This document shows positions 45,925-59,330 of a stretch of DNA of 64,000 nucleotides, piece after piece. The notes under the pieces were generated by a model, which worked only from the letters and a program-made list of their open reading frames with translations, had not been told where the DNA came from and made no database searches. The translations under genes were made by a program, and so were the position numbers. How positions within the stretch are numbered: position 1 is the first letter of the stretch; each line of letters begins with the position of its first letter. Source of the stretch: Eukaryota sp. TZLM1-RC (Eukaryota; Protista; Metamonada: BaSk clade); assembly GCA_040285825.1 (NCBI GenBank), contig JAUPSS010000003.1:682001-746000 (forward strand), in the 5' to 3' direction.

Positions 45925-47757
45925 ATGCATCGTATTCAACAACATTATCAGCAAGCTCTAGAGAAACACCTCAATTCAAAACATGAACTACTGTTTACTT
46001 CCTCTTCAAACTCAGTGTCTATAGATGAGAGCCTTTTCATGTTTCTTGATCGGTCGCACATTTCCTACAAGCTTGTGCTGGTGCCTTTGTTCACGCTTCT
46101 CGTTCTCATCTTTTCCATTCTTATCTCTTCCTTTTTTCTAAATTCTACACTGAGCCAACTTATTTTACATGTTCTAGACTACCTCAGCTCCGTCTCTAAC
46201 ACTTCATTCACTTTACTCCAATGCCTTCTCTTTATATCTATCATATTGGTCTTTTTTCAAGTTCGTTCTTCTTGTCTTCCTCCTTGCACTTCGTTCTTCA
46301 CGTCTTATGTCATTCGTAGACATTTTGTACCTTTTCTTTTTGTTTATTTTACTATTACAATCATTCTTCCATTGCTAATAGGTTTTCCTCTTGTAAATTT
46401 TTTGTTTGTTTTCTTTTCTCTTTGTCTTATTCCTATTATCTATTGGTATTTACTAGATTTAATTAATCCAAATAACTTAATTTCTTTGATATTGATGTCT
46501 GGGATAAAGGCCGTTGAAAGCTCAGTAAATAACCCCCGAACCAATCAATTAGTAATCAATAAGCATTTGATTGTGGAAACTGTAACATTATTATCCGACA
46601 TTGTTACTTATTCAATGTCCCCTCAATCAATCAATCGATCATTCATTACATCTTCAATAGATGCTTTGTGCCTCTTTTCTTGCTGGGCTGGTCTTTACAA
46701 GGCTTTATTACCCAAAGAATTCTTTGAACTTCCTTCTTTTTCCCGAAGTTCCGTGGATATGATGTCCCTGTCAATTGACATCATTGCTGATTTAACTGAA
46801 AAAAACCTATGGATAGAATTCATGATTCTTCGTCATTTTCAATTCTTGTCTGGTGTCACCAACACGTCATTGAGCTCTTCTCTGTTGATTCTGGCCCAAT
46901 TATCACGTGCCACCAGAAAAATTGCTCTCGGAGCTCTGTACAGAAAGGATCTGGTAGTTTATGATCTCTGTGTGCGATTCTTTAACACCTTTATAAGAAC
47001 CTGTATTAATAACCAAGATTTAAGGGCATTGTCTAATGTATTGTTTGAATTACGTTCTCTTGGCAGCAAATCTTTATTAATATCATCAAGGCTTCAACAT
47101 CAACTTACAGTTAAACCCTTTATCGGAGACGAAAGCGAACTAATCAGACCTGAAGACATTGATAAAAGGGTTTTACTTATGGGAAAGTTTCTCCGGTATT
47201 ACTCCATTGTTTGCCTTGAGGATGGTTTCGGTGTAGCTTCTGAAGTCATTGCCCACGACACTCAGGACTTGGTTGAGACAGCGTATAGGTTAAGGAGAAG
47301 TAATCATGATGACTTGCTGGCCATTTTATTGACCATTGATGATGTTGCTGAATGGAGGCAGCAAACCACAACACTGAGAGGAATCAGAAGGGCACAGATT
47401 AAGCTAGCTGTTACTTATCTGGTCCATGGACATTTAAGGTTCGCAAAGTTAATAGTGGCTGATATGAAGGAAGAACCTCACGAAAGACTGATTTCCATAT
47501 ACCAAGAACTGATGGCAATCGATAGCAAAGACGCGTTTGAAATATCTGATAGAGGGTCTGACAATAACTACTTGACACCTCAACAAAAGGAAAAACTTCC
47601 TCTATTCTTTTCGTTCTTCAAAGGTTTGGATATTAGTAGCGGAGGTAACGAAGAGCAAGAGGTCGACCTTGAAAAAGAGATCAAGGGTCTTCGGGTCCAG
47701 GCAAGAACCATTAACAAAGGGTGTGAGTCTTTGGATATCCCAAATGTAGTTAGTTAA
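45925..47757 (+). CDS. multi-pass membrane protein resembling the bacterial DUF2254 type
   Basis: N-terminal TMs, plus RFFNTFIR, LRGIRRAQIKLA.YL and EISDRG motifs recalled from that family. The start is uncertain. Confidence 0.55.
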   Translation: MHRIQQHYQQALEKHLNSKHELLFTSSSNSVSIDESLFMFLDRSHISYKLVLVPLFTLLVLIFSILISSFFLNSTLSQLILHVLDYLSSVSNTSFTLLQCLLFISIILVFFQVRSSCLPPCTSFFTSYVIRRHFVPFLFVYFTITIILPLLIGFPLVNFLFVFFSLCLIPIIYWYLLDLINPNNLISLILMSGIKAVESSVNNPRTNQLVINKHLIVETVTLLSDIVTYSMSPQSINRSFITSSIDALCLFSCWAGLYKALLPKEFFELPSFSRSSVDMMSLSIDIIADLTEKNLWIEFMILRHFQFLSGVTNTSLSSSLLILAQLSRATRKIALGALYRKDLVVYDLCVRFFNTFIRTCINNQDLRALSNVLFELRSLGSKSLLISSRLQHQLTVKPFIGDESELIRPEDIDKRVLLMGKFLRYYSIVCLEDGFGVASEVIAHDTQDLVETAYRLRRSNHDDLLAILLTIDDVAEWRQQTTTLRGIRRAQIKLAVTYLVHGHLRFAKLIVADMKEEPHERLISIYQELMAIDSKDAFEISDRGSDNNYLTPQQKEKLPLFFSFFKGLDISSGGNEEQEVDLEKEIKGLRVQARTINKGCESLDIPNVVS

Positions 47758-47830
47758 ATTGTATAATATTGTTTTTCTAGATAATTTTAGTCTTTTTTGT
47801 TGATCAAAATTTTTCAGTAATTAATTAAAT

Positions 47831-49342
47831 TTATTTACTCTCATCTTCCATTTTTTTCTTTTTTCTTTTAACCAGACCAGTTAAGTCATTGACCATTCTT
47901 TTAGCTCCAACTATTGGTGTATCCAAGTTTTCCAGCAGACCACCAGTTGGCATTTCGCCCCTAGTCCTGTCAACCAGAGACTGACTCAATAAACTTGGTT
48001 CTAAAAGTTCCCCAAGTTCACCATCTTGAAACCTTAAATGACTCAAAAAACCATCCCTACTTGAGACTAACAAATCAATTATACCAGACTTTCTACAAGA
48101 CCAAGCAAGGTCGGTAATAGAGACAGGGTGAACATTGGTGGCCAACATTAGAGGGAAACGCTGTTGTGTGTCATAAATAGCTAATGAACAGCTTGACGCC
48201 ACGGCAAACACCATCCTATAATCAAGGCTGAGGAGTGGAGGTGTTGAGGAGGGGCGTAGTTTGAGCAAAACAGGGAGGAATGAAACTGATGTTATTGGTA
48301 AACTTCCTAATCGAAGAGCAGCAATTGGACGAGAAAAGCAACTGCGGACAAAGACAAATGCACAATCCACCGCGCCTTCTGATTGCGTTGATATAGTACA
48401 GAGTGGAAGATCTCCCGTTGGAAGCACAAGCAAAGTTCCATCAGGAGACCAAGAACCCCTTCGGAAAAAGGTCTTTGCTGACAGTTCAGAAGAAAACAGT
48501 TTGGACGGGGGAACTGAAGGGTAACCAGGGACTGGGTCCAAGGTCTGAACAGGGTCTTGCGATGGATGAAAGTAAAGAGAAGCCGAGTCTATGGTACAAT
48601 AGTGTTCAAAGGCAGGCGGTGACGGGGTGCCACGTAGAGAGGGTGAAGTTTGAGGTGAAGAGGTGGGGGATACCAAAAGTTCACGGTCTGTGATAGACAT
48701 CAACCTCACAATCCTGTCAGTTCCATGCGTGTGTATGAAAAAGTTAAGAGGATCCCAGCCAACGCCTTGAACAAACTTTGAGTGAATGGATGAGAAGAGT
48801 TTGATACGTTGAATGGTTAAGGACTGCCCAACAAGGGATAGACCGTAAATAGAAACGGAGCGGTCAGAAGAACCGGCGACTATAAACTTTTCATCAGGAG
48901 ACCATGCAGCATCATAGATATCGCTTTCCTTAGATGCACTGGCTGCTGCCAGGCATTTCCAATCTTCTTTGTTAGGCGGAGCATAATCTCTCTCCATCTC
49001 GTCAAGAGCGAGGTCATCTGTAGGAGGAGGGTCTGATGAAGATGCACATCGCCATATCACGAGCTCTCCGCCATCACCAGCTGTGAGTAGCATATCACCA
49101 AAAGGGGAAAATCTTGCAGTATTGATAGGAAAACGATGGCGTGATAGTTGTGCTATAAACTCAGGAGCCTCCGAAGAATCCTTAGATAATCCCGGATCTG
49201 ATAGGCTCCAGATACGTGCATATTTATGCTGACCAGCTGTAACGAAGATGTTGTCACGAATTGGATGAAAGTTTATAGAGTGGATAGGAAGGATACCGAG
49301 ATCACACCAGTGCCACCTATACTCGAGGAGTTTAAGTTTCAT
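47831..49342 (-). CDS. CHAF1B: chromatin assembly factor 1 subunit B (p60/Cac2), WD40
   Basis: N-terminal MK...WH, FFRRGSWSPDG, LDYRMVFAVA, IYDTQQ and SSRDGF. Confidence 0.88.
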   Translation of the reverse strand: MKLKLLEYRWHWCDLGILPIHSINFHPIRDNIFVTAGQHKYARIWSLSDPGLSKDSSEAPEFIAQLSRHRFPINTARFSPFGDMLLTAGDGGELVIWRCASSSDPPPTDDLALDEMERDYAPPNKEDWKCLAAASASKESDIYDAAWSPDEKFIVAGSSDRSVSIYGLSLVGQSLTIQRIKLFSSIHSKFVQGVGWDPLNFFIHTHGTDRIVRLMSITDRELLVSPTSSPQTSPSLRGTPSPPAFEHYCTIDSASLYFHPSQDPVQTLDPVPGYPSVPPSKLFSSELSAKTFFRRGSWSPDGTLLVLPTGDLPLCTISTQSEGAVDCAFVFVRSCFSRPIAALRLGSLPITSVSFLPVLLKLRPSSTPPLLSLDYRMVFAVASSCSLAIYDTQQRFPLMLATNVHPVSITDLAWSCRKSGIIDLLVSSRDGFLSHLRFQDGELGELLEPSLLSQSLVDRTRGEMPTGGLLENLDTPIVGAKRMVNDLTGLVKRKKKKMEDESK

Positions 49343-49728
49343 AGGTGAATATGGGGATTTTATTGATGGATTTTAAAGAAATTCGTTTCTTCTTTTATTC
49401 AATTTGTCAATTATTCGGAAAATTGCATCAAATTTCTAGGTGCTTATATGGGAAAGAGTCTTCAACTTCAAACCCAATTAAATTCTATATCACTTTCCTT
49501 TCAAAATCAATTAACACATTAAGCATTGACTAAATGATCTGTGAAAGTATGATTTTTTTCCGTAACCAAGTCAGGTCTTACATTAAAATCAAGCGGAACA
49601 GCAACACTTTATTCACTTTTTTAAAAGAAAGGGTTTGTGAAACAATGACATCCAAGACTATATGATTTAATGATACAAAAGATGAAATTATATATGTACA
49701 TTTTAAGGATGTGAAGCCAAATATCTAA

Positions 49729-50175
49729 TTAGGTAAACCTACTCAGATTAGCCTCAAACTCAGCAATAGAGCATTGGAACGCTCTGGCCTGTTTTTGCTT
49801 CTGCTTGACTTTCTGCTGAAGCTTTTGATTTAACAACTTTCTTCGAATTCTTCTATCCTCCTTGACAGCATCATGACGCACTTTAAGTGATTGTTGGTGC
49901 AGAGAAGAAATAGTGTTATCGAAATCACGATTTTGGCTCATTCTGGAATGCATAGAAGTCCGGAGCTCCTCTCTCGCTTTTCTCAGTTTTTCAAGTTCGG
50001 TTTGTTTAAGTTGTTGTAGTTCTCTAGAGATTTGTTGAGATTGTCGTTCTTGTACTGTTTCGAAATAATTTTTGATATTGCGGAGCAAACCACATTCAGA
50101 TGATAAAGAAGGCATCGAATAAGCCAGCCGAGTGGTAGAAGTAGAGGATGTCTGTGATGATGGACGAGTGTACAT
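49729..50175 (-). CDS. hypothetical coiled-coil protein
   Basis: Intact Q/K/R-rich ORF; ATG at 50175. Confidence 0.6.
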   Translation of the reverse strand: MYTRPSSQTSSTSTTRLAYSMPSLSSECGLLRNIKNYFETVQERQSQQISRELQQLKQTELEKLRKAREELRTSMHSRMSQNRDFDNTISSLHQQSLKVRHDAVKEDRRIRRKLLNQKLQQKVKQKQKQARAFQCSIAEFEANLSRFT

Positions 50176-50224
50176 GTTATGGCGGAACTCTATATTTGGA
50201 AACAATCAATTTCTCTCAAAAGAT

Positions 50225-50417
50225 CTATTCCTGGAACAGACACATTTTAAAACTCAATCAAAAACCTTCACTAATACTTGTACCTATTCAAACCCCATCA
50301 ATTGAGGAGTTTTTGCTATTCACTTGAATAACAACTCGCTTGTTATAAAACTCCGTAATGTTATTCAAAATAGTGTTGATTTAACGAGAAAGAGCTTTCA
50401 ATAACGAAAATACAATT
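50225..50417 (-). mobile_element. inverted 3' end of an RLE element related to 51858-52045
   Basis: The reverse complement aligns to the C-terminus and 3' UTR of the adjacent + strand element. Confidence 0.8.
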
Positions 50418-52045
50418 GCTTATCGTATTGGCCTTGAACTTTATCCATCGAAATGCGAAGTTCTTGGTAGAAAAAATGATTTTATCTCTTTTGATGCAGT
50501 AGAATTGCCATTTGTGAACATTGACAATGATTGTATTGAATTGTTGGGAACATTAAAAGGTAATGAGGAAAGTATTACTCAGTCGCTGAAACAAAAGGTT
50601 GAAAAAGCTTCTGCTGAACTCGAACAAATTCAAACTTTACCTTTGAAGAAACATATCAAATTTCAGGTTGATAGACTATGTTTTGGTTCAAAAATTAACC
50701 ACTTAATTCGTTCCATTCCTCCAAAATTGACAACTCATTATGTTAAACAATATTTGACCAAACGAACACAGTTTTTAAGGTCAGTACTAAACATCAATAA
50801 TATTGATGATATTCCCTTTCATGCTTTTAGATCGCATAATTACGTTGCTATTGGCGTAACACGTTCATCTATTTTATCGAATGCTGCGTTTTTAGGCGGA
50901 ATTAACTGTTTATATGAACATGCCTTAAGGTTTCCTCATCAATGGATCTATTTTGCTTATAACTCTTCTTCAGTTGCAATGAAATTTGTACGTACTTTTT
51001 TAGAAAATTGTTCTAATGATTTCTGGAAATCTTTAATTTCCTCAACAGTGGACTTTTCCTCAATTGAAATTAAAGATTTACCAAATTTTTTAAGAACTGT
51101 TCCGAAACTACAGAAGAAGATTATTAATTATTTAGAAGCTGAATCACTGAACAATCAAATTAGCTTGGCTAACAACTCCGGTGATTCCTCTTTGAAATTA
51201 TTTTTGTCTTCTTTGTGTAATTTAAATTCTTTCCACAACAGTTCATCTTGCTTGATAACTCAAGTTCCTCGCCCTTTTGGATTACTGCTTTCGGATATTC
51301 AATTTTGACAGTTATACGAATTAGACTTAATCTTCCTCCTCCTCAATGCTTATCAATTATGAAATGTAAATGTGGTGCTTATGGTTCTTTTAATCCCTTA
51401 TCTCCTGCTGCAAATTCACTCAAAAAAGATCAATTATCCACAATGCTGTTCGTGATTGTATTTACGATTTGCTAAAATGTGCTCATCACCCAATCCGTTT
51501 AGAACCACTGTTTGATGAACTAAATTTCAGTTTGAGCCAAAAACGAGGTGACATTCAATGTGCTTGTTATGATGGAACCGAACTAATAATCGATTGTAGT
51601 ACCGTATCTCCGTGGAAAAGGAGTTTTAATTCTGACATTCAACATTTACTTAAAGTTGCAGAACATTCCAAGAAATCAAGAAATGAAGTTCTTCTACAAC
51701 GTCTCAATCGAACAAGAGGTAGAAACATCAGATTTGTTCCAATTGCTATATCAATTTTTGGTACCATTGGAAGTGAAGGTCTTCATTTTTTAGATGATTT
51801 AGGGAAACTTCTGAAAGAAAGTGGTCGCACATTTGATTTTCTAATTTGGAAGAACAGAATCGTATTTTCGTTGTTTAAAGCTCTTTCTCATTATATTAAC
51901 TCCATTTTGAATAACATTACGGAGTTTTATAACAATCGAGTTGCTATACAAGTGAATAGCGAAAATCTCCCATCATTTAGTTGATGGGGTTCGTAGTAGA
52001 AAAAGTATTAGTTGAGGTTTGTTGTTGAGTTGTAAAATGTGCCTG
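50418..52045 (+). mobile_element. 5'-truncated RLE non-LTR retrotransposon (RT end/thumb to endonuclease)
   Basis: IGLEL.PSKCE, KINHLIRSIPP, CKCG, IHNAVRD, KRGDI..ID, FVPIAISIFGTIG and WKNRIVF. Confidence 0.88.
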
Positions 52046-52338
52046 CTCTCAGCACCAACCACATCCCCCAACTACAGGCGATCATCAGCGATCACCTCGA
52101 AGGAGTTATGCCAGTTCAAAAGGCCACGAAACACCAGATAACTCCTTTAAACTTTCAATCAATGACTTCCCACGGTTTTTTAAATGTACATTAGTCCTTG
52201 CTTTTAATCCACGTTTTGTGAAATGAATTTTACGATGTTAGGGCATCACTGATACCTATAGAACTGTAGAGCTCTTAAAGATACCCTTGACATGAAGTTT
52301 CCAACTCTGTTTTCAACTTGTTTTACAATATTCCCAAA

Positions 52339-53124
52339 ATGAAACAGCTTGTGTTTTTGCTATTGATCTCTCTCGTACTAGCAGCTGAAACTCGTCGTTG
52401 TACCAATTGTCTCAAAGTCGTTTACACACTCATGCCCAAAAATGTAAAGTCTACCAAGACAGCAGTGGAGTCTCTGGACAATGTGTGCAGTAAGTTACCT
52501 AAAAACGTCAGAGATCAATGTCGCAAATACATTTTGGACCACGAAACAGAAATTAAGAAATTAGCTAATGAAAACCTCCTTGGTGAACGATTGTGTACTG
52601 ACTTGCGTCTCTGCTCAAAGTCTAGCTTTCCTGAGCTAGTAGACACTAAGGTTTGCAATGCATGTTTGCGTACTGCAAAGAAAACTCTTCCTTCTGATCC
52701 CAAAAACTTTGAAAGATTGGAGAAGGATTTCAAGAAAACGTGTAAGAGATTACCTTCTCGATTCAAGAAATTATGTCAAGAATTCTTGGAAAATAATGCC
52801 CCTAAATTGATGGAATTGAATAAAGAAGGTCTGTTGGGGAGAGAGGTATGTGAGAAAGTACATGCCTGCTTTACTAAACCCTGCTATGGATGTGTTGAAG
52901 CCGTCAAGGCTCTTAAGAAGCATTTACCCCACAATATTAATGCAGAAGTCATTAAGAAAACAGCCAACACAGCCTGTAAGAACTTTGCTGAGCAATATGG
53001 TGTATCTCAGCAAAATTGCTTAAATTTCATTGACAAAATGGCTGATACTTATGTTCTCACTCAACATGAAAAGCACCCTGAGTACATCATTTGTACAAAG
53101 GAGTTGGGGTTGTGTAAGGAGTAG
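52339..53124 (+). CDS. secreted saposin-B repeat protein (three SapB domains)
   Basis: Signal peptide followed by three CxxC..C..C..C..C units. Confidence 0.88.
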   Translation: MKQLVFLLLISLVLAAETRRCTNCLKVVYTLMPKNVKSTKTAVESLDNVCSKLPKNVRDQCRKYILDHETEIKKLANENLLGERLCTDLRLCSKSSFPELVDTKVCNACLRTAKKTLPSDPKNFERLEKDFKKTCKRLPSRFKKLCQEFLENNAPKLMELNKEGLLGREVCEKVHACFTKPCYGCVEAVKALKKHLPHNINAEVIKKTANTACKNFAEQYGVSQQNCLNFIDKMADTYVLTQHEKHPEYIICTKELGLCKE

Positions 53125-53499
53125 TGTCTTTTTTGTTTCACAAATAAACATTTTCCTCAAATAAACATTTTGATATGTGAAATGTTTTCAAAAAATCCTC
53201 CAAAACCATTTTCGGACATCAAATAATAGCAGCAAAAATTCTCCATGGGGTTGCAATATAATAAACAGCTCTATATTGCCGAATGTATGTGAGTTTACAT
53301 TTCCATGTATCTCAAAGTTGGCAAAATTGTTGTGATTTCATGGACAGCCCCAATAAGTCAGAAGTAGGTTTATTGCCTTTAGTATCAACAGGAATGAAGT
53401 TTAAAACATTTTCTTGTCAAACAGCCCAAGGACCAAAAACATCAGCTCTCTGGTGTCTTTTTCACTGTAAGTTAAGAAAAATGATATGAAGATGTTCAA

Positions 53500-54300
53500 T
53501 GAAATGAATTTGTATTTGCATGACTGAAATGTAGTTTGTTCGAAACTTAACTGTGAAAATCATTTTTGAAGCCAGTCATCGCCATTGCTCGAATAAGTTG
53601 GAAAGCAGTAATTTTATCATATTATCTCTGTGTCAACCAGAGTAGGTCCCTGTGTACTGTCATTTGGGTAAATATAGATAATCCACATTAGTTCTAGTGA
53701 CCACTAGTAATGATTTCAACAATCTATTCAAGTAATAGTAATTTCAACAAAGGTGATTAATTATTTATGATCTTGTAAATTTCATTGTAAAAATTGCAAA
53801 AATAGTAATTCAATTATTTTGGCCTTCATGGTGGACATAAATCTTGATTTTGGAGATTTTTCAACTTGTCTTAGTCTGGGACATATCATAATTGGAAACA
53901 CAAATGTCATCAAAAGCATTTGCTGGATCTTGTTTGTCTAAAATTCTGAAACGATTTTCATTGATTATTAATGATGTTAATTAAACATCATTGATTTTTA
54001 TGATTGGAGAAGTTACTGTAAACAATAGGTCCATTCGAGAGCTAAACAACAATATTTGGAAGCGCAAGTTGACAGATGATTCTGATCTACCGAGTAAATT
54101 AATGTCATAAACAAAACCAATATTTGTTTTACAAAGTCTTGATGCAAGTGTTATTGTAAGGTTAGCAATAATCTTCAAACCATTTAAAGGAGTCAGTAGC
54201 ATGCTCATTGCAAAGTCTACAATGGAAACCATCTGTAAAAACTAGCATCTGAAGCTCTCAAATGCTCGTAATCTTTTTGCTAGTGAATCTAGTATATGGT
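53500..54300 (+). mobile_element. possible highly decayed DDE-transposase relic
   Basis: Weak resemblance only: HCKNCKNSNSIILAF, FAGSCLSKILKRF and IDFYDWRSY in broken frames. The sequence is also duplicated around Gypsy-2. Confidence 0.25.
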
Positions 54301-54657
54301 TGTCTGATGGAGTAGAATGAAAGCAACATCATGGGATGTGACTTAAAAGTGTTACAAGCTCAAAATTTCATGTTGATCATTAATAGGAAAAATTGTTCTT
54401 TTTATTAATAAAACGTATTTTATATATAGAACCAACTGAATTTATCTAAATAAAAAAAATACAATTGATTTAGTGTGATCGGAAAGATGTATGCTTAGAA
54501 AGAAATAAAAGCAAACTGCATACATTGAATGAGTGTTATTCATGTAGATCATAGTATATACAATCTTATAACATTGATCAAGTAATTGTAGAATAGAACA
54601 ATGATCAACCATAAAAAACAATACTAAAACAAAGTATATAAAAATAATACAAAAAAT

Positions 54658-56127
54658 CTAATTTGAATAAGAAGTATGGCTTTCTTCTACAACTTGTCCA
54701 TTAACAGTCTTTGAACTATGAGATTCATAACTTACATTAGTAGTGGTAGACCCCGAAAAATCAACATCAAAGTTTTCCCCACCGAAATTCATCTCGCCAC
54801 TGGTTGACATTTCAGGAGCATTACGATCTTGTGTTCCAAAGTTAGCTTCAACGTGAACATTTGGTACCGCATTGGCTGCGGCGGACATCATAGATCCAAG
54901 CATATTGCCTGCAGCTTGTCCAACATTCTGAGAATCGACACTAACCTGAGAGTTAGCATGAGGCAGTCCTCTTTCACCAGAGTTTACTTCAATATGAGTG
55001 TTTGAAAGGCCTCTGGTCATGTCGTTAAGCATATTACCTGCAGCGTTGGTGACATCGGCAACTGCTTGATTAAGATTAACTTGGGCAAGGGGTAGCGGCT
55101 TATTTACTTCAGGCTGAGTCCATTCTCCTACTTGAGGAGGTGGGGGTGGAGCATAGAGAGATGTTGGTGGCTTGATAGTACAATCCAATCTAAGAACCAG
55201 ATCAGGACACATAGAGATAACTGCTTCCACAACAAGAGTGTATCTACACTTGACGTAGTGACTCTCAGTGGAAGGAGCAGTCTTTGCTGGTAAATGAATA
55301 GGAACAGGACGAGCGACACTTTGCTGGGCAGGACATCCTTCATACACATCTTTGGCAACAGTGTCGTGGAAAGTTTCAGATACACCATTAGATGAATTCA
55401 AGGTGAGGTGACGGACAAGCTTAACTTCGAATTGACGAACATCGCGAGTGGATTCATTTTTGAATTCAAGGTATACCTGGACAGGTTTTTCACCAGGAAC
55501 GAACGAGCGGTCTTCAAAATACGCCTTAGCAAAGACGTTACCCTTGGGAATACAGCAGCAGAGAAGAACACGACGTTGTCCAGATTCACATGCAGGTGAG
55601 ACATTTTCATCAAATCTCTCATAGACCAACAAATCACAGGATGCGTGGAGGTCGTGATTGAAAAAGAAACCAGGGGCAACGCAGGTGGCTTTCATTCTGT
55701 AACCAATGAAACATTCGTAAGGGTGGCCAAACTTACTGTCATGAAGATTAATTACACCAGGGAGATTTTGAGGTAGATTGTACCTGAATGGCCAGCAGTA
55801 GTTACCAGGATGAAGGCCATTATTGATCTGATAAATGACTAATTGATCATTAAAGAACTCACGAGAGCCACTGTGCTCGATGTTGATCTCACGGGAACGG
55901 CGTTCTCCATTAGGGGCGTCGTACCACTCTGTTTTAGACTCGATAAATCTACTGCTTTCCCACCCCTGAACCTGTTGTTAAGAAGAATAAAAACAACAAA
56001 CTTCGAGAACGATAGCTTGGGCATTCAAGCCGGAAGTGGTGAGGTAAATGTAGCCAGTGACAGTTTCGCCACCAACATAACTGGGTTTGTCTGTTTGGAT
56101 ATAAAAGTTAGACCCTTGCCCAAACAT
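54658..56127 (-). CDS. alpha-arrestin-domain protein, 2 exons (intron 55972-56001)
   Basis: YIQTDKPSYVGGETVTG, PGNYCWPFRYNLPQNLPG, FVPGE and VKCRYTL. A 30-nt GT-AG intron contains an in-frame TAA. Confidence 0.88.
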
Positions 56128-56241
56128 TTGTGTAGAGTTGTGGAAGAATTCAGCTGTGGTTTTTATTTGAAATGCATACTTTCGTCAAGCATCATTCAAA
56201 CTTATTCCAAGAACTTTCATTCTTTGTGAGAAGTCCGATCA

Positions 56242-56499
56242 ATGAATTCTTCCTTCTGTGTTGTAGCCACATTCACTCACAGATCTTGCTCTATTCCTGA
56301 TGAATCGTTGATGTGTGCATTGTGTGAACACTCTTTCCCATCTCATCACATTCTCGATTTACATATCTTTATTGTGCATGAGCATGTCCCAGTCAAATGC
56401 ATTTTCCCGTCTTGTTCGTTACCTTTCATTGATCTTAATAGTCACTTGCAGAATGATCATTTCATGCGACCTCCTTCTTGGTTTTCTTGTGATTCTTAA
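56242..56499 (+). CDS. small C2H2 zinc-finger protein (ZNF511-like)
   Basis: CALCEHSFPSHHILDLHIFIVH and CIFPSC..HLQNDH. Confidence 0.65.
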   Translation: MNSSFCVVATFTHRSCSIPDESLMCALCEHSFPSHHILDLHIFIVHEHVPVKCIFPSCSLPFIDLNSHLQNDHFMRPPSWFSCDS

Positions 56500-57339
56500 G
56501 TTTTTTTCACTTGTTTTGCTGTGGTTTAAGACTTTTTTGTTGAATGACAATCAAGACACAAATCACTTCTCTGTTTTTTGATCAAGATTGTTGAACTTTA
56601 CTTTAATTTTCTTTATGTGTGTTATAGACATGGTTTTGTTTACATTCACGGGGATTTAAATTATTTGGCAAAATATTAAATTCAATCCATTTTGTTACTC
56701 TGTTGAAACTCTGAGTTTTCTGCTTGTTACATGAACTCCGTTTATCACAAACCTTCCCTTCTTCGCAATTTTACAGAAAACTGATCTGCGTTGATCATTA
56801 TAACTCTCACCTTTTGTCATGTTGGTTGAAAAAAGGAAAAAAAGTGAGGAAATGTTTACTATATTCTCTATGATTATGAAGAAATAAAATCTATTTCTGC
56901 TTTGGAGAAATTGGCCAGAAATAAATAGAATTTTAATTAAAATAATAGAAAATTAAATATTAAAAATTTTATTCTATACAAAAATATTTTTGTTTCAAAA
57001 ACAATGAACAATAATGGTTACTATGATGTCAGGAATGGGGAGATGGGCGAAACAGAGGAAGATACGGAACCAGATGATTTTATACTTAAATGGGAGAATT
57101 CTATACTAAAAAGATGATGAGAATGATGAGGGTTCATTGAGGAACAGATTGTAAACCCAAATAGTAAAATATTTGTTTGGCTGTTCAAAAAGTCTGGTAC
57201 TCAATTTCGTTTAAAATGGCTTCATTGTGATAATGACATATTGAAGAAATAAATGATGCTTGTAGTGAATGAGGACGTTCCTTCATTCTATCCTCGATAG
57301 CAACAGTGAAAGATGAATGCACTTCGCGCCCAGCAATAG

Positions 57340-58761
<1,422 letters not shown>

Positions 58762-59330
58762 TTTATTTGAATTAATAAATGTATATTTAATTAGTATTTT
58801 AAGTAAAATGACAATGAACGTTTCCTGTGTTTGGCATAACAGAAGTCAAATCGTCATTAATGCGATTACATTTTCTATTATCTTATCATTTGGATCTGTA
58901 ACCTGAACTAAATCTAAATTCATAAATCATCGGACAATTCTCACTCATTTATTTGACACAAAACACAAATAGAACAAAAGCTCAAAAATCAAATCTTCAA
59001 ATATTTAATTCATCACTGTTTCTCACAAAATACATTCTCCAGGATGTGAAGTTTAGCAAGGGCCCAAGAGGTCTGTATGCTGGAAGAAAGAATCCTGTTC
59101 ATCAAATCGATTTGGAACATTCTTTTGTCTGGGAAATATATATCATTATACTTATTGATGGCAATTATACAATAAACAACAGTATTGTTTTGATAAAAAG
59201 AGATAAAAAGAAGTAATGATACGAAAAATAAGAAATTGGTAGTTAATTGCAGGACGAACAGAGCCAATCCATGAACAGTACTTAGATGCAGTTTTGATTC
59301 TAGTTTTCATAATCTTCATTTTTACTTCTT

